Origin: Candidatus Binataceae bacterium
GTDB lineage: Bacteria > Desulfobacterota > Binatia > Binatales > Binataceae
Direction of reading: 5' to 3'
NCBI GenBank assembly: GCA_963722605.1
Contig: CAVRNO010000003.1
Coordinates: 632,700 to 696,699, forward strand
DNA length: 64,000 bases
The notes beneath the pieces were generated by a model. That model was not told the origin of the DNA. It saw nothing but the letters and a program-made list of their open reading frames with translations, and searched no databases. Of this stretch, positions 47,765 through 56,341 are shown in pieces (position 1 is the first letter of the stretch; the number at the start of each line of letters is the position of its first letter). A program made the position numbers and the translations under genes.

Positions 47765-48178
47765 TCACGCCAGCAGGCCCCGGCCCGGGACGTGGTTGAC
47801 CTCCAGGCGGATGCCGTCGGGATCCTCGAACAGCACCGAGTAGTATCCGGGCGCCCACGGCGCCTCCTCCGGCGGATGTACGATCTTCGCATCGATCGTC
47901 TTGAGGAAGCCGTAAATCTCGTCAACATCGCCGCGCTCGCGCGCGCGCAGACACAGGTGATGCAGCCCGACGCGGCGCTGCACGAATTTTTCCGACCGAT
48001 GCTCGTCGTCGCCTCGGACGATTCCAAGCGCCGTCCTTCCGCCGACGCAATACAGCATCTGCTCGTTGCGAATCACGGGCTTGAGTCCGAGATACGTGAG
48101 CAGCTTTTCGTAGAATGGGAAGCATGCCTCGAAATTGCTGACCGTGAGCATCACGTGCGCGACGCCGTTGATTTCCAT
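47765..48178 (-). CDS. VOC/glyoxalase-family protein
   Basis: HVMLTV, GLHHLCL, YYSVLFEDPDGIRLEV. Confidence 0.88.
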   Translation of the reverse strand: MEINGVAHVMLTVSNFEACFPFYEKLLTYLGLKPVIRNEQMLYCVGGRTALGIVRGDDEHRSEKFVQRRVGLHHLCLRARERGDVDEIYGFLKTIDAKIVHPPEEAPWAPGYYSVLFEDPDGIRLEVNHVPGRGLLA

Positions 48179-48294
48179 TTCACTTTTCCTCTTTTTTCGT
48201 TTCGGCGCCCGCAGTCGCCGCGCTGCTGTAACTTCAAGTAACGCTTTAAGGTTTGGTTTTGGCCTCTTCGCGTTCTGTTCTCCTGAACTCGGGA

Positions 48295-48310
48295 CGTTTC
48301 ACGTGAAACG
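48295..48310. other. parS centromere-like site
   Basis: CGTTTCACGTGAAACG, a perfect palindrome with the 14-bp parS core GTTTCACGTGAAAC. Confidence 0.85.
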
Positions 48311-48423
48311 TTTTCTTAAAAACTCCAGCATCAGAGCGGCATTTCCGGCCACTTCTGAAAAAATTGACTGCCATTGCACCTGGCCGTTGGCACCACTGGC
48401 CAGTATTAAGCCGTTGGCAGGGA

Positions 48424-48478
48424 CCGCGCCCGCCAACGGCGAGCGGCCTTAATACTGGGTGCAGGGGTCACCCCCTGC
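48424..48478 (-). repeat. Dispersed ~55-bp hairpin repeat, copy 2
   Basis: Reverse complement matches 23500-23554. Confidence 0.65.
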
Positions 48479-48492
48479 TTTCATGTGAAACG
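48477..48492. other. Degenerate second parS site
   Basis: GCTTTCATGTGAAACG, about 180 bp from the perfect site. Confidence 0.55.
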
Positions 48493-48501
48493 ATCCCGCG
48501 C

Positions 48502-49515
48502 TCAGTGCCCGTGGATCATCCGCGCCGGCCGCGGCTGTTCGTGGCCGAGAATCGGATGCGGCCGGTACGGCTTCTCGAGCGCGGCGACCTCGTCAGCGGT
48601 GAGCTTTACATCGGCTGCCGCGATTGCCTCCTTGAGATGAGCGAGCTTGGTCGCGCCGATGATCGGTGCGGTGACGCCGGGCGCCTGCAAAATCCACGCG
48701 CATGCGATTTGCGACGGCGTTACGCCGCGCTCCCTGGCGATCCGTTCGACCTCGCTCAGCACTTCGAAGTCGTACTCGCGGAAGTACATATTCTTGGCGA
48801 AGTCGTCGGTCTTGGCGCGCGCGGTCGGACCGGCGCCGCCCTTGTCGCGATTGCCCGCCAGAAATCCGCGCGCCAGCGGGCTCCATGGAATCAAGCCGAC
48901 GCCGTTGTCGATACAAAGCGGATTCATCTCGCGCTCCTCCTCGCGATAGACGAGGTTGTAATGGTTTTGCATCGCGACGAACCGGTGCCATCCGTTTTCC
49001 TTCTGCAGCGCAAGCGCCTTGGCGAATTGCCACGCCGCCATCGAGCTCGCGCCCAGGTAGCGCACTTTTCCGGCGCGCACCAACGAGTCCAGCGCGTCGA
49101 GCGTTTCCTCAATCGGCGTCGTATAGTCCCAGCGATGGATTTGATAGAGGTCGATGAAATCCATCTTGAGCCGGCGCAGCGACGCGTCGCACGCTTCGAG
49201 AATATTCTTGCGGCTTAAGCCCGCGCGATTCAGTCCCGGCGCCATCGGGCCATGCACTTTGGTCGCGACGACGATCTCGTCACGCTTGGCCATCTCGCCG
49301 AGCCATCGCCCCGTGATCTCCTCGCTCACCCCGACTGAATAGACGTTGGCCGTGTCGAAGAAGTTGATCCCCGACTCGATGGCGGCGGCGAAATGCTCGC
49401 GCGCGTCGTCCATCGTCAGCACCCAATCGCGCCATTTCTTGTCGCCGTAGCTCATGCATCCGAGGCAGATGCGTGAGACGGTGATTCCGGTCTTGCCCAA
49501 TTTTGAGTACTGCAT
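48502..49515 (-). CDS. Aldo/keto reductase (YajO-like)
   Basis: ICLGCMSYG, FDTANVYS.G.SEE, IDLYQIHR, MQNHYNL, PWSPLARG. Confidence 0.93.
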   Translation of the reverse strand: MQYSKLGKTGITVSRICLGCMSYGDKKWRDWVLTMDDAREHFAAAIESGINFFDTANVYSVGVSEEITGRWLGEMAKRDEIVVATKVHGPMAPGLNRAGLSRKNILEACDASLRRLKMDFIDLYQIHRWDYTTPIEETLDALDSLVRAGKVRYLGASSMAAWQFAKALALQKENGWHRFVAMQNHYNLVYREEEREMNPLCIDNGVGLIPWSPLARGFLAGNRDKGGAGPTARAKTDDFAKNMYFREYDFEVLSEVERIARERGVTPSQIACAWILQAPGVTAPIIGATKLAHLKEAIAAADVKLTADEVAALEKPYRPHPILGHEQPRPARMIHGH

Positions 49516-49716
49516 GATTTCTCCGAAATGGTTTTTTGTTTTTTGCCTTTCGCTGGCTTCCGGGTTCCACGCTCGCACGGCCAAAACTCCGGCGCTTGCG
49601 CGCGGATGTCAAGCGCGGATTGAGCCGCAGCCGTGGTCATGAACAAAATTTGCGCGCACGTGCGTGAACAGAACGGCGTCGATCAACACCGCAACCGAAC
49701 AGTCGCCGCTGCTTTC

Positions 49717-52485
49717 TCAGCCGCCGCCGATCGTGGCCGTGCCGCCCAGCGGAATCCTGTGCACGGTTCCGGCACTCTCACTAATATTGAGTGTCCCGGC
49801 GAAGCTGCCTGCGACCGTTGGAGTAAAGGTAACGTTGACGGCGCACGTGGCGTAAGCCGCAAGCGTCGTACCGCAGGTCTTGGTTTTGGTAAACGTGGAC
49901 CCGTTACCGCTGATCCCGGTAAACCCGATGGTCCCGCTAATGGTGATCGCTCTAATCCCGGCCGGCACGCCGTTGGTGTTGGTAACATTAACGGTCTGGC
50001 TCGGGTTGTCCCCCACGGCGTAGCCATTAAAGGCCAGCGATGCGGGTGAAACAGTCAGCCAGCCCGTCGCGGTCGAGACGCCGGTCCCGGTGAGCGCAAC
50101 CGCCACCACGCCCGACGAAAGCGTGAAGGTCAGCGCGCCAGTGCGAGTACCCGCCGCCGTGGGCGTGAAGTAAACGTTCTCGATGCAGCTCTTGCCCGCG
50201 CCGAGCGACGTCCCACAAGTGCCGGTCTTGGTGAAATCGCCACTGATGGCAACGCTGGCTATGGACACAGCCGTTGTCTCGGAGTTCTTCAAGGTGACTG
50301 ATTGCGCCGCACTCCTTATTTTGAGGAGTTGCGCGGGAAAGACCAGGCTTTCAGGTGCAGCGGTAACTGTGGGGGCCGCGCTTGCCCCGGTCCCGGTCAG
50401 GCTGACGGTCTGCGGAGCTGCGTTGCTGGTAACGGTGAGGCTCCCCGTTCGCGTACCGGCAGCAGTGGGCGTGAACGTGACCGTGATCGCGCAGCTTGTC
50501 GCCGGGGCCAATGCGGCTCCGCAATCGTTGGTCTGAGCGAAGTCGCCGCTCACAGCGATTCCCGATCCCGAGAAAGTCAACGGGCCGGTACCGGTGTTGC
50601 TCAAGTACACCAGCTCGCCGCCGCTGGTGGTGCTGATCAACTGGGACTGGAAAGTCAGCGACGCGGGAGAAATGCCTGCCACCGGCGCGGTTCCCGTTCC
50701 AGTCAATGCGATCGTCTGCGTGCCGGTGAAAGCGTTATCGGTAATTGTCACCTTGCCGGTTTGTTTCCCGGTCACCAGCGGCGCATAGGTGACGGCAATC
50801 GTGCAGTTTGATCCTCCCGGCAGACTCGTGCCGCAAGTATCGCTCTCCGAGAAGCCCCCCGTGGCCCCGATGCTCGCAATGTCGAGCGGCGCCTCTCCAA
50901 AGTTCGTAAGCACAACGCTCTGGGGCGCGCTTGCCGTTCCAGTATTCTGGTTAGCGAATGTCAGGCTCGATGGAACCAGCGTAACCGCCGGCACCGGTGT
51001 GGGCACCGGTACCGCGTAAATCCCTCCCGTCTGGGAGACGAAATTCGAGGTATCGAAACCCGCGCCGGTGCCGACGTCATCAAGCATAGCCAAGCCGGCG
51101 CCGCCCGACGACATTGTTCCAGCAATGAAGGTCGTGCCGTCGGTGGCGACCGAAAGCCCCTCGACGGTGGTGCCGGTGTTGGTTGAGACCCAATTCGCGC
51201 CGGTCATGTCGTCGACGCGAATCACACTGTTGCCGTCGCCCACCTCAATTCTTCCGGTGGGATCGAGCGCGACGTGCGCGGGCGATGCGAAAGAATAAAT
51301 ATAGATGCCGATGACCGGCGATTGCGTCAGCGTAGTCCAGTTGGTTCCCGTCATGTCGTCGATGCGGACAATGCGCCTGTTGCCAGTGTCGGCGATGTAG
51401 ATCTTGTCGGCGGCATCGACCGCAACTCCCTGCGCTCCGCTCAATTGATTCGTTCCACTGCCCGCGGTTCCGAAGCTGGTCCAATTTGTCCCCGACATGT
51501 CATCGAAGCGCACAATGCGGCCGTTGCCGGGATCTGCCACGTAGATTTTTCCGCTTGAGTCGACTGCAATGTCGGCCAGGCCGCCGGTGCTGAACTGCTT
51601 GGCGCCGGTGCCGCACGTCCCGAAACTGATCCAGTTCGCGCCGGTGATGTCGTCCATGCGGTCGATTCGGCAGTTGTAGGTGTCCGCCACATAGATACGC
51701 CCGGAGGAGTCAACGGTGAGCCCATGCGGGCCATAGAATTGCTTGGCACCGGCACCGGTGCTGCCCAGGGTTTGCTGATTCGTGCCCCAGAGGTCGTCTG
51801 TCCTGACCAGCCGGGAAAAGGAGTAGTCGGTAATGTAGAGCGGGGTGTAAGCCGAATTGATGCCGGCAGCGACGCAACACGCAGTCGCCGATCCCGAACC
51901 GATCTGCGCCGTGAGTGGACCAATCTCGGCGCTCGCCTCCCCGTTAATCGCCGCTGAGACGCCGTTTAAGATCTGGGTTCCGGTAAAATTGCCGGAGAAG
52001 CTGTAGTAGTAATGAATGTTGCCGCCGCGTCCTCCTCCCGAGGCGGTGAGCGTCAAAACCGCGGTGCCAAAGGGTGCCGCGACCGATGTCGTACCGTCGG
52101 TGGAGTGAAAGGAAAAACTGCCGCCGCTGCAACTGTACTTAATAGCATAGGTGCCTGTAGCGACGGAGGTGATCGGGCAATCGATCGACAAAGTTCCCGC
52201 CGGACTGGCTACGGCGGATCCGTTCAGCAGGAAATCCGTGCCCAGCGACGCCGTTCCGCCCGTGCTGTTAAGGATCAGTTGGCTCGCGAAGGCGCCTGGA
52301 GCCGCAGAAATCACAAGAAACGCCGCGGCAAGTGCGAGCGCGATTCGGCGCCACGGCAATCTCAGAGCGATGAGAGATCGTGCAAGGGCATCCCGGACCG
52401 CCTCAACGACACTTCGATTCCTCACCTTCACCCCCGCGGAACCGTCGGGAATAGTGGGTCCAGTAATGACAGAACTCGCCGCCAT
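49717..52485 (-). CDS. Large secreted NHL-repeat beta-propeller + tandem choice-of-anchor-D (Ig-like) domain protein
   Basis: Signal peptide; repeated 'AVD..G.IYVAD..N.RI.R.DDM.G.NW'; four 'P.SL.F...V.L.N.G...C..L..G..C...V.F.P' domains; start uncertain. Confidence 0.8.
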   Translation of the reverse strand: MAASSVITGPTIPDGSAGVKVRNRSVVEAVRDALARSLIALRLPWRRIALALAAAFLVISAAPGAFASQLILNSTGGTASLGTDFLLNGSAVASPAGTLSIDCPITSVATGTYAIKYSCSGGSFSFHSTDGTTSVAAPFGTAVLTLTASGGGRGGNIHYYYSFSGNFTGTQILNGVSAAINGEASAEIGPLTAQIGSGSATACCVAAGINSAYTPLYITDYSFSRLVRTDDLWGTNQQTLGSTGAGAKQFYGPHGLTVDSSGRIYVADTYNCRIDRMDDITGANWISFGTCGTGAKQFSTGGLADIAVDSSGKIYVADPGNGRIVRFDDMSGTNWTSFGTAGSGTNQLSGAQGVAVDAADKIYIADTGNRRIVRIDDMTGTNWTTLTQSPVIGIYIYSFASPAHVALDPTGRIEVGDGNSVIRVDDMTGANWVSTNTGTTVEGLSVATDGTTFIAGTMSSGGAGLAMLDDVGTGAGFDTSNFVSQTGGIYAVPVPTPVPAVTLVPSSLTFANQNTGTASAPQSVVLTNFGEAPLDIASIGATGGFSESDTCGTSLPGGSNCTIAVTYAPLVTGKQTGKVTITDNAFTGTQTIALTGTGTAPVAGISPASLTFQSQLISTTSGGELVYLSNTGTGPLTFSGSGIAVSGDFAQTNDCGAALAPATSCAITVTFTPTAAGTRTGSLTVTSNAAPQTVSLTGTGASAAPTVTAAPESLVFPAQLLKIRSAAQSVTLKNSETTAVSIASVAISGDFTKTGTCGTSLGAGKSCIENVYFTPTAAGTRTGALTFTLSSGVVAVALTGTGVSTATGWLTVSPASLAFNGYAVGDNPSQTVNVTNTNGVPAGIRAITISGTIGFTGISGNGSTFTKTKTCGTTLAAYATCAVNVTFTPTVAGSFAGTLNISESAGTVHRIPLGGTATIGGG

Positions 52486-52719
52486 AAGTCAATTTTTGCC
52501 CCAGCGGCTGCAAAACTAATCCGAGGTATCCATTCTGACTCTCAGGTTTCGACCCGCTTTGGTGTTTCCGGCGACGCCTCGGAGTGTGGGAAAGCTGGCG
52601 TCGCGATCGCCTCGACATCGTCCCGCTGCCCGGTCGCTAACGCCCAGCCGCCGGCGCTTGCTCGCGGGTGTCAAGGATTTCATTGCGGTGGCCGGCATAT
52701 TAGGATGCAGGCAGCGCCG

Positions 52720-52735
52720 CTGGCCGATTGGTCAG
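52720..52735. promoter_or_regulatory. Palindromic operator-like site 3 (CTGGCCGATTGGTCAG)
   Basis: About 80 bp upstream of the hpnR start; one mismatch to CTRACC-N4-GGTYAG. Confidence 0.6.
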
Positions 52736-52817
52736 GCGGAGATTTGTCGAAGATTAGCGAACCAGGCGGAAGGCGCCGCGGCCTCACAGCCAAAAGATGC
52801 GGCGCCGGAGGGAGTCT

Positions 52818-54311
52818 ATGCGGGTCCTGTTTGTACATCCGAGTCCGCTTATGTACAGCGAGATTTATTTGCGGCTCGAACCGCTCGGGATGGAGCGGGT
52901 GGCGGCGGCAGTGCGCGCGGCCGGCCACGACGTGAGGATTATCGACCTCCAGATTTTCAAGCATCGCGATCTGTTTGCCGAGCTCGAGAGCTTCCGCCCC
53001 AACGCGGTGGGGTTCTCGCTCAACTATCTCGCCAATGTGCCCGAGGTGATCGATCTCGCCAAAGAGGTGAAGCGCCTCCGGAAGGATTGTTTCGTCTTCA
53101 GCGGCGGGCACAGCGGCTCTTTCGTCGCGGACGAAATCCTGGAGCATGCGGACGGCGCGATCGACGCGGTCATCCGCGGCGAGGGCGAGACCGCGACGCC
53201 GATGCTGCTCGACGCGATCGGCACCGGCTCAATCGGGAAGGTCCCCGGAGTGATGACGAGGCAGGGGGTGGGGCCGGCGCCGGTGATGCTCGACGACCTC
53301 GACAAGTTTTTTCCGGCGCGCGACCTGGGACGCCGGCGCAACAAGTACTTTATCGGCGTGCTCGATCCGTGCGCGTCGATCGAGTTCACGCGCGGATGCC
53401 CGTGGGATTGTTCGTTCTGCAGCGCGTGGACGTTCTACGGCCGCAGTTACCGAAAATCCACACCGGAAGCCGCGGCGGAAGACATGGCGTCGATCAAGGA
53501 GTCCAACGTCTTCATCGTGGACGACGTCGCGTTCGTCCATCCCGAGCACGGATTTGCGATCGGCCACGAAATCGAAAAACGCAAGATCAAAAAGCAGTAC
53601 TACCTCGAGACCCGCGCCGACGTGCTGTGCCGCAATCCCGAGGTGTTCCGCTACTGGCGCAAGCTCGGCATGGAGTACATGTTCCTCGGCCTGGAAGCGA
53701 TCGACGAGGAGGGGCTGAAGCTGCATCGCAAGCGCTCCTCGATGGACGTCAACTTCAAGGCGCTCGAAGTCGCGCGCGAGATTGGGCTGACCGTCGCGGT
53801 CAACCTGATCGCGGACCCTTCATGGGACGAGAAGCGCTTCGAGGTGATCCGCGAGTGGGCGATCAGCGTCCCGGAGGTAGTTCATCTGACGGTCGCGACG
53901 CCGTATCCCGGCACGGAGTTGTGGTTCACGGAATCGCGCAAGCTGACGACGCTCGACTACCGGCTGTACGACATCCAGCATGCGGTGCTGCCGACCAAGC
54001 TGCCGCTGTTGAAGTTCTACCAGGAGCTGGTGAAGACGCAGGACGTGCTCAACCGCAAGCATCTGGGGTTCGCGGCGCTGAAATCGGTGGCGTTGATTGC
54101 GGGCAAGCTCGCGCTCCAGGGGCAGACCAACTTCATCAAGATGCTGTGGAAGTTCAACAGCGTGTACAATGCCGACCGGCAGCTGGCAGAGCATTCGCGG
54201 CCGATCAAGTACGCGATGCGCCCGCCGTCGATGCATAGCGAAGGGCGTCCGTCGGCCGACAAGCTTTACATCCACATGCCGAAGCCGCCGCGCCCGGAAG
54301 CCACGGCCTAA
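52818..54311 (+). CDS. hpnR: Hopanoid C-3 methylase HpnR (B12 radical SAM)
   Basis: MRVLFVHPSPLMYSEIYLRLEPLG, NYLANVPEV, RGCPWDCSFCSAWTFYGRSYR, DIQHAVLPT. Confidence 0.92.
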   Translation: MRVLFVHPSPLMYSEIYLRLEPLGMERVAAAVRAAGHDVRIIDLQIFKHRDLFAELESFRPNAVGFSLNYLANVPEVIDLAKEVKRLRKDCFVFSGGHSGSFVADEILEHADGAIDAVIRGEGETATPMLLDAIGTGSIGKVPGVMTRQGVGPAPVMLDDLDKFFPARDLGRRRNKYFIGVLDPCASIEFTRGCPWDCSFCSAWTFYGRSYRKSTPEAAAEDMASIKESNVFIVDDVAFVHPEHGFAIGHEIEKRKIKKQYYLETRADVLCRNPEVFRYWRKLGMEYMFLGLEAIDEEGLKLHRKRSSMDVNFKALEVAREIGLTVAVNLIADPSWDEKRFEVIREWAISVPEVVHLTVATPYPGTELWFTESRKLTTLDYRLYDIQHAVLPTKLPLLKFYQELVKTQDVLNRKHLGFAALKSVALIAGKLALQGQTNFIKMLWKFNSVYNADRQLAEHSRPIKYAMRPPSMHSEGRPSADKLYIHMPKPPRPEATA

Positions 54312-54368
54312 GCCGCCCCGACCGGCGGGTGAGGTAGCAGGCGAATAGTGCTACAGTCGAAGATCGCT

Positions 54369-54575
54369 ATGAAGCTGAAAGTGGAGTTCGATCGGGAAAC
54401 GGATGGTCGCTGGATCGCCGAAGTCCCCGAGCTGCCGGGCGTGCTCGCCTACGGCAAGACCCGTACAGAAGCGCTCGCGGCGGTCGAGGCGTTAGCGCTG
54501 CGCGTTATCGCCGATAGGATCGAGAATGGGGAGCTCGAACCGGTACCGTCGAGCTTGATGTTCGAAGCGGCGTGA
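54369..54575 (+). CDS. hicB: HicB-family antitoxin
   Basis: E.DGRWIAEVPELPGVLAYGKTRTEA. Confidence 0.88.
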   Translation: MKLKVEFDRETDGRWIAEVPELPGVLAYGKTRTEALAAVEALALRVIADRIENGELEPVPSSLMFEAA

Positions 54576-54784
54576 GCGACTGGGCCTCAGCCAAGGCTCG
54601 CCGAGTACTCGCGGCTCTGCTCCGCACAGGCTGGAGCATCAAGCGCACTCGCGGCTCCCATCGAGTTCTTCAACGTCGCGGATTCCCGGACCTCGTCTTC
54701 TCCTTTCACGATGACGACGAAATCGGTCCGCGCATGCTGGCAAGGATTGCCAAGCACACGGGTCTTCACCCTGAAGACCTCTGA
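54572..54784 (+). CDS. hicA: HicA-family toxin
   Basis: L.R.GW...RTRGSH...FSFHD.DEIGPRMLARI; GTGA overlap with hicB. Confidence 0.88.
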   Translation: MSDWASAKARRVLAALLRTGWSIKRTRGSHRVLQRRGFPDLVFSFHDDDEIGPRMLARIAKHTGLHPEDL

Positions 54785-54847
54785 AACGCCGCCGGCGATT
54801 TTTCGGGCGAATCGAGGGCGGGGCCATTGCGTCCTGTCAACCAAGCA

Positions 54848-54873
54848 TTGACAGAGTGACTGAACGCCAGTCA
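54848..54873 (+). promoter_or_regulatory. -35 box plus operator of the second TetR gene
   Basis: TTGACA-GAG-TGACTGAACGCCAGTCA; mirrored at 56176-56200. Confidence 0.7.
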
Positions 54874-54926
54874 GTATCGGGTTCGGGGTCATTTCCCGCG
54901 GGGTCGGGGAGGAATGAGAATCACGA

Positions 54927-55604
54927 ATGCGAGAAGCTGAGGGGCGAGCTCCAACTCGGCGAAAGGCGGGGAGTTTACCGCGCGGCGCCGCTGCCGCACG
55001 GACCAAGGCGTCCGAACTTCGCCGGCGCGAGCTCATGGATGCCGGCGAAAGGACCTTTGTCCGCAATGGTTTCGCGTCCACGACGATCGAAGAGATCACG
55101 CGACGGGCGGGAGTCGCCAAGGGAACGTTTTATCTCTATTTCGATTCCAAGGAAGCTATACTTGCCGCGCTTCGCGACCGCTTCATCGAGGGCTGCCGCG
55201 GGCGAATTGAAGCTCTCGCATCGCGGGTCCCGGCTACGGACTGGGCAGGCCGATTGGACGCGTGGGTGGAAGGCGGGATACGCCACTACCTGGACCACGT
55301 CGCGCTGCATGACGTTCTGTTCCATGCCGGCAATCAAAGGCACGGTTCAAAGGCGCAGAACGCGGCGGTTGGGGAGCTGGCGGAGCTAATCCGCGCGGGC
55401 GATTCGGCGCGAGCATGGCGCGTCGAAAGTCCCGAGCTGGTCGCGGTGTTTCTGTTCCATGCGCTCCATGGAATCGCGGACCACATCCAGAGCACCCCGC
55501 GGTCCGAGCACAAGGCCGCAATTCGTTTGACGAAGAGGGTTGTGCGCAATGTCGTCAGTATCCCGCCGAAAGCCGGCAGCCGCCGGGGCCTTAGCCGTTC
55601 TTGA
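54927..55604 (+). CDS. TetR/AcrR-family regulator
   Basis: F..NGFASTTIEEITRRAGVAKGTFYLYFDSKE HTH. Confidence 0.9.
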   Translation: MREAEGRAPTRRKAGSLPRGAAAARTKASELRRRELMDAGERTFVRNGFASTTIEEITRRAGVAKGTFYLYFDSKEAILAALRDRFIEGCRGRIEALASRVPATDWAGRLDAWVEGGIRHYLDHVALHDVLFHAGNQRHGSKAQNAAVGELAELIRAGDSARAWRVESPELVAVFLFHALHGIADHIQSTPRSEHKAAIRLTKRVVRNVVSIPPKAGSRRGLSRS

Positions 55605-56163
55605 GCCAGATCACCTCCACCCGGCCGGACCGATCCGAGTAGTGGACCTTGACCAGGCCGGCGCTCGCAGCGATGGACTCGAGCGCGGCCACCGACGGAA
55701 ATCCCATCACCCGAAACAAACTGATGATCCTGGCCATCCAGGGCGAAAACAAATGATCGCTGTAGATCAGATAGCCCCCGGTTCGTAGGACGCGCACCAT
55801 CTCGGCGAGCGCGCGCTCCCAGTCGGGGATGTGATGCGTTGCCATGGCGCTGGCGACGATATCGAACTGGCCGTCGGGAAAATCCAGCCGGGTCGCATCC
55901 ATCACCCTGAAGTGCAGATTCGGGCGCGCCGGTCCGGCGCTGGCAGCCTCGATTTGTTTCGGATCGAGATCGACTCCCGTGACGTCGAGATTGCTTGCGC
56001 CGGCAATCTCGCGGGCGGCGGCGCCGACGCCGCATCCAACGTCCAGGTATCGCCACCCGGCCTGGTGGTTGATACGGCCCAGCAGTTGCTGGGCGCGAGC
56101 GACGACCGCGCGCGTATGGGCGGGGCTGTTAACGAAGTATTTCTCGAATGCCGTCATCCTCAT
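55591..56163 (-). CDS. Class I SAM-dependent methyltransferase
   Basis: YLDVGCGVG, GVDL, DATRLDFPDGQFD, RVLRTGG. Confidence 0.9.
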   Translation of the reverse strand: MRMTAFEKYFVNSPAHTRAVVARAQQLLGRINHQAGWRYLDVGCGVGAAAREIAGASNLDVTGVDLDPKQIEAASAGPARPNLHFRVMDATRLDFPDGQFDIVASAMATHHIPDWERALAEMVRVLRTGGYLIYSDHLFSPWMARIISLFRVMGFPSVAALESIAASAGLVKVHYSDRSGRVEVIWLKNG

Positions 56164-56175
56164 GACTTGACCTTA

Positions 56176-56200
56176 TGACTGGTGGTCAGTCACTTGTCAA
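56176..56200 (-). promoter_or_regulatory. -35 box plus operator of the methyltransferase gene
   Basis: Minus strand TTGACA-AG-TGACTGACCACCAGTCA, then TAAGGT 6 nt before ATG (possibly leaderless). Confidence 0.7.
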
Positions 56201-56341
56201 GGGGAATTCGCTTCATCCGGCGGATGCCCTTGACCGTCAGCATCCGCAGCGCTTGACGTTTGCGCTTGCGGGCGTGGCGGGCGCAAAATCGCCGCAGTTC
56301 AGCAAACTTGACGCATCGCGCGTAGCACGAGGATCAATCCG

